DNA from: an uncultured Peptococcaceae bacterium
GTDB lineage: Bacteria > Bacillota > Dehalobacteriia > UBA4068 > UBA4997
DNA: 64,000 nt
Assembly (NCBI GenBank): GCA_937897635.1
Contig: CALCQI010000027.1
Coordinates: 50,316-114,315, forward strand
Reading direction: 5' to 3'
In this document: one piece after another, positions 49,562-60,415 of the stretch
Layout of the letters: every line of letters starts with the position of its first letter
Position numbering within the stretch: position 1 is the first letter of the stretch
Position numbers and translations under genes: made by a program
The notes under the pieces: generated by a model
The model's database searches: none
Seen by the model: the letters and a program-made list of their open reading frames with translations, nothing else
Told to the model about the DNA's origin: nothing

Positions 49562-50094
49562 AAATTTTGCCAGATTTGTTCATAATGCATATTCACATTC
49601 TCTGATTGATAAATAATGATACTGGATAAAGTACCATGAATCATTGCAAAATACGAAATAGCAACATCATCCACATCCTGCTTACGAATAATTTCCGCCT
49701 CCATATTTGAAATAATTATTTCTTTAACTATTCTAAAACACTGCTTAGATAGAGTATCGATTTTTGCAATGAGCGTTTCTTCAAATGCTTTGGGCGGAAA
49801 AAGTAAAAGCCTTTTCCAAAAGTAAAGCTTGGTTTTGGATTTATCATAATAATTCAAGATCATAAAAAAAATAGTTTTCAAGTCTTTAGAGCCTTCATTT
49901 ATTTCAAAAAAATACTCATTAATCTCTTGATCAATGACTGCATATAACAAATCTTCTTTACTTGTAAAATGAGCATATATAGAGGCCTTTTGAATACCAA
50001 CTTCACTTGCCACTTCATTTAAGGAAAATTCATTGCCTTTATCAGCAAATAATCTAAACGCTGAATCCATCAGCTTTTTTTTAGTTTCCATCAA
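49543..50094 (-). CDS. TetR-family transcriptional regulator, first gene of and overlapping the hyf-like operon
   Basis: 183 aa; HTH LMDSAFRLFADKGNEFSLNEVASEVGIQKASIYAHFTSKEDLL; stop overlaps next gene by 19 nt. Confidence 0.8.
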   Translation of the reverse strand: MMETKKKLMDSAFRLFADKGNEFSLNEVASEVGIQKASIYAHFTSKEDLLYAVIDQEINEYFFEINEGSKDLKTIFFMILNYYDKSKTKLYFWKRLLLFPPKAFEETLIAKIDTLSKQCFRIVKEIIISNMEAEIIRKQDVDDVAISYFAMIHGTLSSIIIYQSENVNMHYEQIWQNFWCGIN

Positions 50095-50335
50095 AATCCT
50101 CCTTCATTAAAACCTTCCTACCTAACGTAAGGTAGCCTTAAACATTATATAGTTGAAAACCTTGTTTGTCAATGATTAACATATCTGTATAGCAATTTAA
50201 AAGTGCAACAACAAACTGCTGCACTTTATTTTAATATTAGTTTTTATTAACCCTTTATTAATTTCAAACTGTAAATTTTAACTTAATTTATTTTATGACC
50301 TGCTATATTTTTACTATAAAATATCTAAAATTATA

Positions 50336-50860
50336 TTAGCAATCAATTCCGGTACGTGAAAGCACCCCCTGATTAAAATAGTGTTTGACTTCCTTGATTT
50401 CACTTACCAAATCCGCTGCTTCTATAAGTTTTTTAGAAGCATAGCGGCCTGTTAGGATTACTTCTACATGTTCAAGTTTTTCCTGTAAAGCCGAAATGAT
50501 TTCCTGATCGGTTAATAACTTATAAAATACAGCAATCGTAACTTCATCCATGATCACCACATCATATTCACCGCTGCAAAGCGCATGACGGCATCGTTCC
50601 AACCCTGTTTGGGCACGGTTTATATCCTCCTTATCAGGTTTTCTGTCTATAAAACATTCAGTACCATATTGCTCTATAGTAACCCCCTTAATAAAGGCAG
50701 TGCATTTCGTTTCCTGATAAGCCATACCTTTAACAAACTGGCCTATATAAACTTTTTTTCCTGCCATAGCCGCCCGTAATGCCAAGCCAAATGCCGCTGT
50801 GGTCTTGCCTTTACCGTTTCCTGTATAAACATGGATATATCCTTTTGCCAATCTGCTCAT
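50336..50860 (-). CDS. cobO: Cob(I)yrinic acid a,c-diamide adenosyltransferase (CobO/BtuR-type)
   Basis: 174 aa; P-loop GNGKGKTTAAFGLALRA, DEVTIA motif. Confidence 0.85.
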   Translation of the reverse strand: MSRLAKGYIHVYTGNGKGKTTAAFGLALRAAMAGKKVYIGQFVKGMAYQETKCTAFIKGVTIEQYGTECFIDRKPDKEDINRAQTGLERCRHALCSGEYDVVIMDEVTIAVFYKLLTDQEIISALQEKLEHVEVILTGRYASKKLIEAADLVSEIKEVKHYFNQGVLSRTGIDC

Positions 50861-51291
50861 CCTTTCTTACAAACTGTAAATATTTTGTGCTAAAACCATC
50901 TTTTTATCTTCCTTCTTATAGTATAGTTGCAAAAAACCTTGTATTCAAGTTCTTACTCCAATTTACTAAAAAGGAACACATTCTGGCAAAATCCAATCAT
51001 ATCTTTAATCGTTTAAAATATCTACGTATTTAATATCTCTACAGCCACATTAAGCCATTTAAAGCTTTAATATTTCTAATTTATTATTTTATTTATAATA
51101 TCACTTTTTTAGAACCATAAACATAAATTTCATTAACATTAACGCTTTAGTAACTTAATAATAATTTTTTTATGCAAATTGCCTATTTTCTGGAACCTCT
51201 CTAAGCTTATTTTACATATTATGCTATTAGCTTAAACTAAAACTTTTATTTGAGGCTAATAAAAATTATATAACCTTTAGGAGGAAATCTT

Positions 51292-51591
51292 ATGATAAAA
51301 CTGGATAATGTATCCGTAGGAAGTTATGTTACGGTTGAAAATCTTTTATCCTCTGGCACATTAAGGGAAAGAATGCTGGCCCTTGGTTTAACTAAAGGTA
51401 CCAGAGTAGAGGTTGTAAGAAAAGGTCCATCAGGCGACCCTACAGTTTACAATATACGTGGTGCGATGATAGCTTTCAGAAAAGAGGAAGCCTCCTTAAT
51501 TTCAGTTGCTTATAATAAAAAACAAAGCGAAAAGTGTAATGATAGCTATAAGGAATTGGCAAGTATCCTTAATTTAGGTTGCTCATCATAA
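51292..51591 (+). CDS. feoA: FeoA-domain ferrous iron transport protein with C-terminal tail
   Basis: 99 aa; SH3-like FeoA core (VTVENLLSSGTLRERMLALGLTKGTRVEVVRKGPSGDPTVYNIRGAMIAFRKEEA). Confidence 0.8.
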   Translation: MIKLDNVSVGSYVTVENLLSSGTLRERMLALGLTKGTRVEVVRKGPSGDPTVYNIRGAMIAFRKEEASLISVAYNKKQSEKCNDSYKELASILNLGCSS

Positions 51592-51644
51592 AGCATTGTT
51601 AAGCAATACTTATTTTTATATAGCTAAAATTAAGGGGGTTTAAT

Positions 51645-53756
51645 ATGGGTTTAACATTTCAATCCACTCAAAATGCTGCCTTAACAGATCTTTTTAAAAT
51701 TGAAAAGAAAGAAGGACAGCATGTTATTGCCCTTGCAGGCAACCCTAACACAGGTAAAAGCACTGTTTTCAATTCCCTAACAGGACTTCATCAGCATACA
51801 GGCAACTGGCCCGGTAAAACAGTAGTAAACGCAAAAGGAGAATTTACTCATAACGGGCAAAAAAATATCCTTGTAGACCTTCCCGGAACCTATTCACTAT
51901 TCGCCTCCTCTGTTGAGGAAGAAGCAGCAAGAGATTTTATATGTTTAGGGAATCACGATGCAGTAATAGTAGTTACTGATGCTACCTGTTTGGAAAGAAA
52001 CTTGAACCTTGTTTATCAGGTTATGGAACTTACTGATAATGTAGTATTGTGTATAAACCTTATAGATGAAGCAAAAAAGAAAAATATAATAATAGATGGC
52101 CAAGGTATAGAAAAAGAACTGGGTATCCCGGTAGTTTTATGCGCAGCCAGAAGCGGTATAGGTATAAAGGAACTTAAGGAAGCCGTTTACAAAGTTACTG
52201 CAGGCCGGCTTAAACCAAACCCCGAAATCTTAAAATATCAAAATTACATAGAGAAACAGGTTGATTCTATTCAACCCATTATAGAAAAACATATACAGGG
52301 AATAAATTCCAGATGGCTTGCCTTAAGATTCTTAGGTGGAGATGCCAAACTAATAAAAGAGATCTTTAACAATATAGATAAAAAAACCCTTAATGAAATA
52401 CAGAAAATCATAAATTTATCTACTGTACATGATGATAACATAAATATTAGGGATGATATTACAGAGCGGATCTATAAAAGAGCAGAAGAATTAAGAAATA
52501 AGTATGTTAAAACAGATAAAGCCAAAATCAACAGGGATAGAATAATCGATAACTATATAACCTCAAAAATTTTTGGCATTCCTCTAATGCTTTTGACCTT
52601 AGCTTTAGTATTTTGGATCACCATTACAGGGGCAAATATTCCTTCAGCAATGTTAGCAGATTTTCTCTTTGGCATCGAAGACAAAATAACCTTGTGGTTT
52701 AACAGCATGAATGCACCGGCATGGCTGCATGGAGTTCTTGTACTTGGGCTTTACAGAACTCTTGCTTGGGTTGTTTCTGTTATGCTGCCGCCTATGGCCA
52801 TATTCTTCCCCCTATTTACAATACTTGAGGACTTAGGCTACTTGCCCAGAGTAGCTTTTAACCTTGATCACCTTTTCAAAAAAGCTTGTGCCCATGGCAA
52901 GCAATGCTTAACCATGTGTATGGGCTTTGGTTGTAATGCTGCGGGAGTAATAGCCTGTAGAATAATTGATTCTCCCAGAGAAAGGCTTATTGCAATCTTA
53001 ACCAATAACTTTGTACCCTGTAATGGCAGGTTCCCTACTTTAATAGCTATATCTACAGTTTTTCTTATTTCTAAAGGCGGTTTAGGCTCAGGTATTCTAC
53101 CAGTTCTCTCAGTAACGGGTTTAGTTATCATTGGCATAACTGTAACCTTATTAGTATCATATATACTATCTAAAACCATCTTAAAAGGAATTCCCTCTAC
53201 CTTTACCCTAGAGCTTCCTCCTTACAGAGTACCTAAAATAGGCAGAGTCCTATATACATCCATAATCGATAGGACCATATTTGTGCTGCGCAGAGCTGCA
53301 ATTGTTGCCGCTCCAGCCGGTGCCATAACTTGGATACTTGCAAACATATATATTGGTGATTTAAGCATTATAGGTCATATGGCTGCTTTTTTTGATCCAT
53401 TTGCCCAAATCATCGGACTTGACGGCTTTATATTGATGGCTTTCGTTCTGGGGCTGCCCGCTAATGAAATTGTTCTGCCAATACTGCTGATGTCTTATTT
53501 ATCAACAGGCTCTATGATAGAATTTGAAAGCATAGCTTCTTTAAGAACTATATTATTGGAGCATAACTGGACATATCTTACAGCATTAAATACTATGCTG
53601 TTCAGCTTACTGCATTGGCCTTGTGCTACAACCCTTTTAACTATCAAGAAGGAAACCGGAAGTTTGAAATGGACTGGGCTTGCGGCACTCATCCCAACAG
53701 TAATAGCAATTGCTGTATGCTTACTAACAACTATTGTTTGGAGGTTATTTGTATAA
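51645..53756 (+). CDS. feoB: Ferrous iron transport protein B
   Basis: 703 aa; G-protein domain GNPNTGKSTVFNSLTG, DLPG, then polytopic gate/permease domain. Confidence 0.9.
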   Translation: MGLTFQSTQNAALTDLFKIEKKEGQHVIALAGNPNTGKSTVFNSLTGLHQHTGNWPGKTVVNAKGEFTHNGQKNILVDLPGTYSLFASSVEEEAARDFICLGNHDAVIVVTDATCLERNLNLVYQVMELTDNVVLCINLIDEAKKKNIIIDGQGIEKELGIPVVLCAARSGIGIKELKEAVYKVTAGRLKPNPEILKYQNYIEKQVDSIQPIIEKHIQGINSRWLALRFLGGDAKLIKEIFNNIDKKTLNEIQKIINLSTVHDDNINIRDDITERIYKRAEELRNKYVKTDKAKINRDRIIDNYITSKIFGIPLMLLTLALVFWITITGANIPSAMLADFLFGIEDKITLWFNSMNAPAWLHGVLVLGLYRTLAWVVSVMLPPMAIFFPLFTILEDLGYLPRVAFNLDHLFKKACAHGKQCLTMCMGFGCNAAGVIACRIIDSPRERLIAILTNNFVPCNGRFPTLIAISTVFLISKGGLGSGILPVLSVTGLVIIGITVTLLVSYILSKTILKGIPSTFTLELPPYRVPKIGRVLYTSIIDRTIFVLRRAAIVAAPAGAITWILANIYIGDLSIIGHMAAFFDPFAQIIGLDGFILMAFVLGLPANEIVLPILLMSYLSTGSMIEFESIASLRTILLEHNWTYLTALNTMLFSLLHWPCATTLLTIKKETGSLKWTGLAALIPTVIAIAVCLLTTIVWRLFV

Positions 53757-53843
53757 TTAATAAATCAAACAGGCGGCAGATAAGCAAAAGGCAAAGCTTT
53801 TTAATGGTATTTGCTAAACAATGCTTTAATATGTCCATGATTT

Positions 53844-54329
53844 TTATTTATTATTTCTTGTTTTTCTATATTTATTAAATTTTTCCAGTGAATCAGGATG
53901 ATCATTAAAAAAGGCCATCACATCTTTTATACCGCTTAGTATTTCTTCATTTATTGTATGTTCAATTTTTTCTGTTTCCTGTAATAATCCCTCGGTAACA
54001 TTTAAAAATTCTAGAAACTTTTCTATTATATTATGGCGTTCAAGCAGTGATTTTCCTATTTCCATCCCACTTAATTCAAGCATTATCACACCATATTTTT
54101 CATATTTTATAAGTTTTAAGTCTGCCAGTTTTTGTATCATTTTAGTAACGGATGGTGGTTGCACATTCAATGCCGAAGCAAGGTCATTAACCCTTGTAAA
54201 CCCCTTATCAGCAGAAAGCCTGTATATCATTTCCATATAATCTTCAGCCGAGGGTGATAACAGTTCTCGATCTTTTCTCATATATTCTCTAAATGTAAAA
54301 AATTCACGTTCACACATCACATTTCCCAC
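53844..54329 (-). CDS. DtxR/MntR-family metal-dependent regulator (convergent with feoB)
   Basis: 161 aa; LSPSAEDYMEMIYRL...VNDLASALNVQPPSVTKMIQKLADLKLI wHTH. Confidence 0.75.
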   Translation of the reverse strand: MGNVMCEREFFTFREYMRKDRELLSPSAEDYMEMIYRLSADKGFTRVNDLASALNVQPPSVTKMIQKLADLKLIKYEKYGVIMLELSGMEIGKSLLERHNIIEKFLEFLNVTEGLLQETEKIEHTINEEILSGIKDVMAFFNDHPDSLEKFNKYRKTRNNK

Positions 54330-54612
54330 CTTTTTGGTTATTTATTGCTTAATTATATGATTATATTTATTTTAAAAAAATTCTAGCCGGTTACTACTTA
54401 AATATTATTAAACTGGCATATTTATGTTATATTTAATTTTATAACCTATATTTGTACTATCAAATGCTGCCAATAAGGTAGCTTTTTGATTTTTTAAATA
54501 AATAAATTAACATATAAAGGTAATTCTTAGCGTTTAATAACAATATATATGTTTAAATGCCATTAAATTTTTAATAAAATAGCTTGTTTAGCGTTATGGA
54601 GGTAGATAGGTA

Positions 54613-55641
54613 ATGTTGCTGATTTTAAAAAAAAGAACCTTAATAGGCTTATGTCTTGCAATAGTATTTGGCATAATTATATTCTTAAGTGCTTGGCTGC
54701 TGTCATCAAACAATAGCTCTATCAATGTTTCATTAGATGAAGATGAAGCTGAAGATTATATAAAATGGGTAGATTTTAATGTACCCTATGAAGCCATGCA
54801 TAAAGCCTTAAAGTTGGATATAGATTCACAAGAAAAAGAAATAAAATTAAACTGGATAGAACTTCTTGCATACCTGGCCGCAAAAAATGGTAACAATTTT
54901 AAATGCTTCAAAGAAGAACAATTGAATAGCATTGCACAAATGCTGGAATCAGGTAAAAGTATCCAAGAGTTAACAAAAAATATGGAATATTATCCATATT
55001 ATTATGAGGCCTATAGTGCTATATTATCCGGTTTTGCAGGAGAATACCAAATTGAAGTTGCAAATGAGACTGGAGAGGAAAAACAGTGGGAAAGACATTA
55101 CGGACTCAAGGTTTTTTCACCCATTGCTAAAAACTTCCCCTATAGCCATTATGATGATTTTGGAAATAGCCGTTCTTACGGTTTTAAAAGAGTACATCTT
55201 GGTAATGACTTAATAGGCCAGGTTGGCACACCTATTATAGCTGTAGAGGGCGGCATTGTAGAAGCATTGGGCTGGAATAAGTATGGTGGCTGGCGTATAG
55301 GGATACGCTCTTTTGATGAAAAGAGATATTATTACTACGCACATCTTAGAAAAAATTTTCCATACCGTAAAGACTTAGAGGTGGGCTCCATAGTTAAGGC
55401 TGGTGATGTTATTGGGTATCTGGGCAGAACGGGTTACAGTACAAAGGAAAATGTAAATAATATTCCCCAAGCACACCTTCATTTTGGCATGCAGCTTATT
55501 TTTGATGAATCACAAAAGGAAAACAAGAATGAAATTTGGATAGATGTATATCAAATCATTCGGCTCTTAGATAGGCAAAGGTCAGAAGTTATTAAAAATC
55601 CTGAAACTAAGGATTACAGCAGAATTTATGATATCAGGTGA
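54613..55641 (+). CDS. Membrane-anchored M23-family metallopeptidase (LytM-like)
   Basis: 342 aa; N-terminal TM; HLGNDL (HxxxD) and AHLHFG (HxH) zinc motifs. Confidence 0.8.
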   Translation: MLLILKKRTLIGLCLAIVFGIIIFLSAWLLSSNNSSINVSLDEDEAEDYIKWVDFNVPYEAMHKALKLDIDSQEKEIKLNWIELLAYLAAKNGNNFKCFKEEQLNSIAQMLESGKSIQELTKNMEYYPYYYEAYSAILSGFAGEYQIEVANETGEEKQWERHYGLKVFSPIAKNFPYSHYDDFGNSRSYGFKRVHLGNDLIGQVGTPIIAVEGGIVEALGWNKYGGWRIGIRSFDEKRYYYYAHLRKNFPYRKDLEVGSIVKAGDVIGYLGRTGYSTKENVNNIPQAHLHFGMQLIFDESQKENKNEIWIDVYQIIRLLDRQRSEVIKNPETKDYSRIYDIR

Positions 55642-55909
55642 TTTAAGGAAAAACCCTGTTTGAAGGAAGTCCAAACAAAAACAGGATTATACAATAGCTT
55701 ATAAGGTTTATAGGTAATACCCATAATCCATAGGTAAGCAGCAAGTTTTATCCGTTTTCTTTTGTTTTGATTTCCCCTGTTGCTTCTTTCCCTAAAAGCA
55801 CTAATGTTTCGAAATAAGTAAGAGTAAAAATAAAAACAACTACTTAAATCCTATTTTATAATATTACAATAAGTTTGATAAAACAAAACAGATGCAATTA
55901 TATCTGCAG

Positions 55910-56350
55910 CTATAATTTTTTATACATTTGCATATAATTCAATTCCGAAAACCCCATTTTTTGATATAATACCATTGCCCTTTGATTTGATTTTTCTACC
56001 TCAAGACGAATTCTAACAACTTTGTTTTTATAGATATCTTCTATAAATGATAAAAGCTCTTTTCCAAAACCATGGCCTTGATATTTAGGCAAAATATACA
56101 CTTCTTCTACCCATAATACAAGGCCGCCAGCCTCATTTGAATAAGTAATGGAAAGTAGTGAATATCCTACAATTTCTCCTTTACACTCAAATATGTATCC
56201 ATCAACATATGGGCTTTCGGAAATGATTGCATCAAATGTTTTATTTATATTATTATCAGGAATACTTTGTAAAACAGCATCAGAATGATAAAATTTTTTT
56301 GACATAGCTATATATTTATCTTTATCCTTTATATCAATTTTTCTTATCAT
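55910..56350 (-). CDS. GNAT-family N-acetyltransferase
   Basis: 146 aa; acetyl-CoA motif A QGHGFGKELL. Confidence 0.8.
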   Translation of the reverse strand: MIRKIDIKDKDKYIAMSKKFYHSDAVLQSIPDNNINKTFDAIISESPYVDGYIFECKGEIVGYSLLSITYSNEAGGLVLWVEEVYILPKYQGHGFGKELLSFIEDIYKNKVVRIRLEVEKSNQRAMVLYQKMGFSELNYMQMYKKL

Positions 56351-56399
56351 CTTTAATACCCCAACTTCCTTATAATTTTTCTTTCTTTGAATCGCTCTA

Positions 56400-56760
56400 A
56401 AATTAAATACTGATAACCTAATTAATTTAATTTATTTCACTACTATTCAGTGATAACGCGTCTAAGAGTAAATCTAAATTCTCACCTAACATAGAAAAAT
56501 CACCATCAAGATTATCTATCATACTAAACACAACCAATAATACTGCCTGATAAGGATTAGAAATGAAGGCGTACATGATTATTATACCGGCCATATGCAA
56601 AACCATTTACTGCTATATCAATTTCTTTTTCGTTCTTAAATGAAAATAAGTTGGTAAATTCATTCTTAAGCGTATTAAAGTATCGCTCAATAGGAGCGAT
56701 ATTTTAATACGCTTAAAAATTAGCTGCTCAAATTTTATTATATTTTATTCTTTCCTAATG
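56400..56760 (-). mobile_element. Decayed IS fragment: C-terminal piece of an integrase-core (rve) DDE transposase preceded by a 22-bp inverted duplication
   Basis: Minus strand ...IERYFNTLKNEFTNLFSFKNEKEIDIAVNGFAYGRYNNHVRLH* (conserved ExFxxLKxE...YNxxRxH transposase tail) with no start codon; the same DNA forms palindrome TAAGCGTATTAAAGTATCGCTC/GAGCGATATTTTAATACGCTTA at 56663..56716. Confidence 0.4.
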
Positions 56761-56969
56761 CACTAAGACTGCAAACAAATTTGCGCAAAATACTTAACAG
56801 TGCCGACCGTCATTTTGCTTTGGTTGTTTTTTGTTTAACAATGACAATGCACCTCTTTTTAGCTCAAAAGCAATTTCATTATTAACGTTATTGCAGCTAT
56901 TTGAACCTTATTTGAGGTGCATTATCTCGTACTGATAGTATTAACTTCAATGTGGGTATTATTTGACGA

Positions 56970-57584
56970 TTACATCACACCAATTTCATTTACTCCGTCT
57001 TCATCTTCATCTACGTCTATTGCACTTGAAACAGGTGCATTTACAGATAATACTGTTTGGTCACCCTCGGCTTCAACTACGATCCCTGTTGGAAAATTGA
57101 TATCACTTATATATATCCTTTGTCCTTCGTCTAAGCCTGACACATCAATTTCAATATTATCTGGTATATTTTGAGGCAATCCTTTAACAGGTATAGTATC
57201 CATTTGTCTTATTAAAAGTAGTTTTTTTAAATCTATCGATTCTTTCCCAATTATTCTAATCTCTAAATCCGCCTTAATTTCTTCAGTAAGTGATATCTGT
57301 TGAAAATCAATATTTAAAATTTTTCTATTTATAGGTGAATGCTGTATTTCTTTTACTATTACAGTATGTGTTTCCTGTCCTTCTAAATCAAGATTAAATA
57401 AATAGTTCCTACCATATTTTGATAAGCTCTTCTTAAATTCGTCCTCTTTGACTTTTACTGGAAATGATTCAATTTCTTTACCATAGATACTACCGGGCAA
57501 ATAACCTGTTTTTCTTAACCTTCTACTTGCACTACTACTTGCTTTAACTCTTTTTTCAATTCTTATTGTTGCTGTTTTCTTCAT
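56970..57584 (-). CDS. 50S ribosomal protein L25 / general stress protein Ctc
   Basis: 204 aa; L25 N-domain (TIRIEKRVKASSSASRRLRKTGYLPGSIYGK) plus Ctc-type C-domain and acidic tail. Confidence 0.85.
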   Translation of the reverse strand: MKKTATIRIEKRVKASSSASRRLRKTGYLPGSIYGKEIESFPVKVKEDEFKKSLSKYGRNYLFNLDLEGQETHTVIVKEIQHSPINRKILNIDFQQISLTEEIKADLEIRIIGKESIDLKKLLLIRQMDTIPVKGLPQNIPDNIEIDVSGLDEGQRIYISDINFPTGIVVEAEGDQTVLSVNAPVSSAIDVDEDEDGVNEIGVM

Positions 57585-58457
57585 ATTATTAGTCTCCTCT
57601 GATTTTGAATATTTTTTATAAAAGATTTATTGGTTTTCATAAATCACCTCCAATAAAAAACCAGATGTTGTCAACTCAACAAGCCCTGCCATTCTTGCTC
57701 TGCTAAATCTTTTCTTTTTTAAAAATTTTGCATCCTCTTTGCTGATAAATTAACTATCCTAGTCATATTTAATACTTGGCTTCCCCTATTTAGCAATAGC
57801 ATTATGTACGGCTTCTAAAACATCAACTGTATTAAGTGTATCAGATAATGACCCAAGCCACAACATCCCGGCTATACCAGCCTAGGATAGCGATATGAAC
57901 TTCTAGACATCTTGGTCTGACCTCATATAGTCAAAAAATAGAAGAAACACTATATTGTATATAAGAGCTATACTAATTTTGTTAATATTAATTTTTAAAA
58001 GCATGAATTAACAGTTGCATTCAATACTCCCTTTGACAAAATAACTGATGATAAAGATTTATGTATAAATTATACGGGTATTAAAAATTTTGCAAGTAAT
58101 GATATGCTGCTTAAAATTAATTAAACCTCTGACATAAGTTATGTGATTAATTTAGCAACACAAGCCCTATATCCCTGTTATTATATTTTTTGGAATAGTT
58201 TTGCCCATTACATTAAATTTGCAGATACTTCCTTTATCCTTATACATAGATATATTATTTTCGAAACTTCTTTAATTTCTAAATATTCTACTAATACATA
58301 AATGATTTATTTGCTTTTTATTTTTTATTTTCATCAACTACTTGCAAGTCTGCATCCTTTTCTCCATATATTTTTTAATGAATAGTGTATTTAACTTTGA
58401 TAACTATTAATTTTTTTATAAAATTATTGCAACAATAACTAATAAATAAAAACAAAC

Positions 58458-58748
58458 TTACTGATTCTTTTCTTTCTTTTTTTTATATGCTATAAATGCT
58501 GTTTTAATTGAAGAATAAACTCCTACTGCTGCATTTCCATAAAAAAAACCCATAAAGATTCCTGCACTAATATTCCCTTTGTGTGCAAAAAAAATGGATA
58601 TTATAAAACCTATAAAGCTTGCAATTGTTGGTACAAAAACACGTGGTATAGGTAAAAATAATTTAACAATTTGTGTAACTATTACCACTACAGGTACCGC
58701 TATAATTGCATCCCAAAAATTTGTATAAATGATTGGAAAAGCGTCCAT
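58458..58748 (-). CDS. Small 3-TM membrane protein, phage holin-like
   Basis: 96 aa; three hydrophobic helices and a lysine-rich C-terminus (YKKKKEKNQ). Confidence 0.45.
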   Translation of the reverse strand: MDAFPIIYTNFWDAIIAVPVVVIVTQIVKLFLPIPRVFVPTIASFIGFIISIFFAHKGNISAGIFMGFFYGNAAVGVYSSIKTAFIAYKKKKEKNQ

Positions 58749-59422
58749 AATTACCTCCTAAAATAATCTTAAAGATTATTTTAGGTAAAATGGTAATAAA
58801 ATATGCATACTAAGATATTTAAGCAAAACTTAGATACCTGATTATATCGTTTTCCTCTTACTCTTTTTCTATAATTTAAGAAAACAAGTACAGCTGATAG
58901 CACTATTGAGCAGATTGTACTGATAAGTGTAACTGAAAGTTCCTGTGCTATTATAAGCAAAAATGCATTTCGCTTTAACCTGACCCAGAAATAAAAAATG
59001 TAGCAAATACCATACCGCTCAAATAGATTCAGTTATCGAGCTTGCAATAAAAAAAGAAAACTTTTTTCTAAAGTGGGCTGTAATACATATCATCATCTGA
59101 GTTCTTCCAAACTGCCATCCGCAATATAGGGAATAAACATCAAAAAGCCCATATAACAGGGAACGCCACTTTTAATTTCAAGTAAGAATACAGGAAAAAT
59201 ATATAATCAGTATTGAACAATAGGTTTGTGTACCATTATACATGAGTAGATTTGGCTTTATGTACTGCTTTACAGGAAAACCGTTTCAGGCAAAAGAGAC
59301 GATAACAGAGCTCCCAAGACTACTTTGTTTCAACTTTACCTGATCATACAAGGCAAAGCTATCATTTGTTTCCTGTGGAAGTTGTGTTATTTTATATATT
59401 TTATAATATTCGGAAAATGTGT

Positions 59423-60415
59423 CTACAATATTATACTAAAATCATATTCAAATCGGCCGCTTTCGCAAATCATATATCTGCCGTATTGCTCCCGAGTATA
59501 GATATCGGGAAAACATTCAAATTCATACATACAGCTTGCCAGTGTTTTAAGTTCTTCTACATTGGTGATTTTTGCAAAGGCTGCAAGTTCAGATAAAGCC
59601 GTAACTTCATGCTGACCCATCTCCTTAAAAATTACAGCAAATTGATTGAGAAAATACAGGTCTGTCCGAGCCTCAATTACCATATTTGCAAGGTTATCTG
59701 GGATACTGTGTTCCTCCACCTGCCAATGGATTTCTTCAAGGCTTTCTACACCCAATCGTTCTAAAGTCTTATTCAGATCATTCTGCTCGATTGGCAGATA
59801 CAGATGTTCATAGCGATTTTTGGTACTCAGCAGCAGTGTAATGGGAGTATTCTCATATTGGTAATACGGAAAGTTTCTGCCGTCATAGGTCTGTACAATT
59901 TCATTGCTGTTTCTATATACCACTCCATACGGTGTTATCATAGGATTAGGGTTTTCTGCAATCATTTTTTCAAAGTAGTTTCGTCCGTCAAGGCTTTTTA
60001 ATTCCTCTGTACTGACACCTATTTGTTCTGTTAGGTACATCTGCCTACCTACAGCATTTAAATCGCTAAAATCGGCTACAAGGCTGTAACAATGGGTATT
60101 AAAGCTGAGGTTAATAAGCTCCGTCATCGTTTCAGCTTTTTCGGCATAAGCAGTTGCATAAAAGGTGGCAAGCTCATTCTGGTCGAAGCTGTCTAACCGT
60201 TTCATCAGGAAGTTTAATTCGTCAAGATTTACTGTTTGATGGGAGAGCAGGGCTGACAATCTTTCATCGTTATGGACAGTACCGATTTTAATCTCTGTTT
60301 TTGCGGTATTGGCAACACCAAGACTGTCGCATAAAATCTGCAGTTCTTTTTCCTTACTGGGAAAAGTAAGGTTTTGATAATTGTTTTCATGCATACATTG
60401 AATCATTGCTCGCAT
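59423..60415 (-). CDS. Hypothetical protein (accessory-region protein, no recognisable domain)
   Basis: 330 aa, soluble, acidic; translationally coupled (overlap) with the Cys-rich 75-aa ORF upstream. Confidence 0.5.
   Translation of the reverse strand: MRAMIQCMHENNYQNLTFPSKEKELQILCDSLGVANTAKTEIKIGTVHNDERLSALLSHQTVNLDELNFLMKRLDSFDQNELATFYATAYAEKAETMTELINLSFNTHCYSLVADFSDLNAVGRQMYLTEQIGVSTEELKSLDGRNYFEKMIAENPNPMITPYGVVYRNSNEIVQTYDGRNFPYYQYENTPITLLLSTKNRYEHLYLPIEQNDLNKTLERLGVESLEEIHWQVEEHSIPDNLANMVIEARTDLYFLNQFAVIFKEMGQHEVTALSELAAFAKITNVEELKTLASCMYEFECFPDIYTREQYGRYMICESGRFEYDFSIIL

Noticed and set aside
50880-51290. DtxR/Fur-type operator upstream of feoA
   Set aside because: AT-rich 400-bp region with several short imperfect dyads but none matching a 19-bp DtxR/MntR or Fur box convincingly by eye; needs PWM scan.
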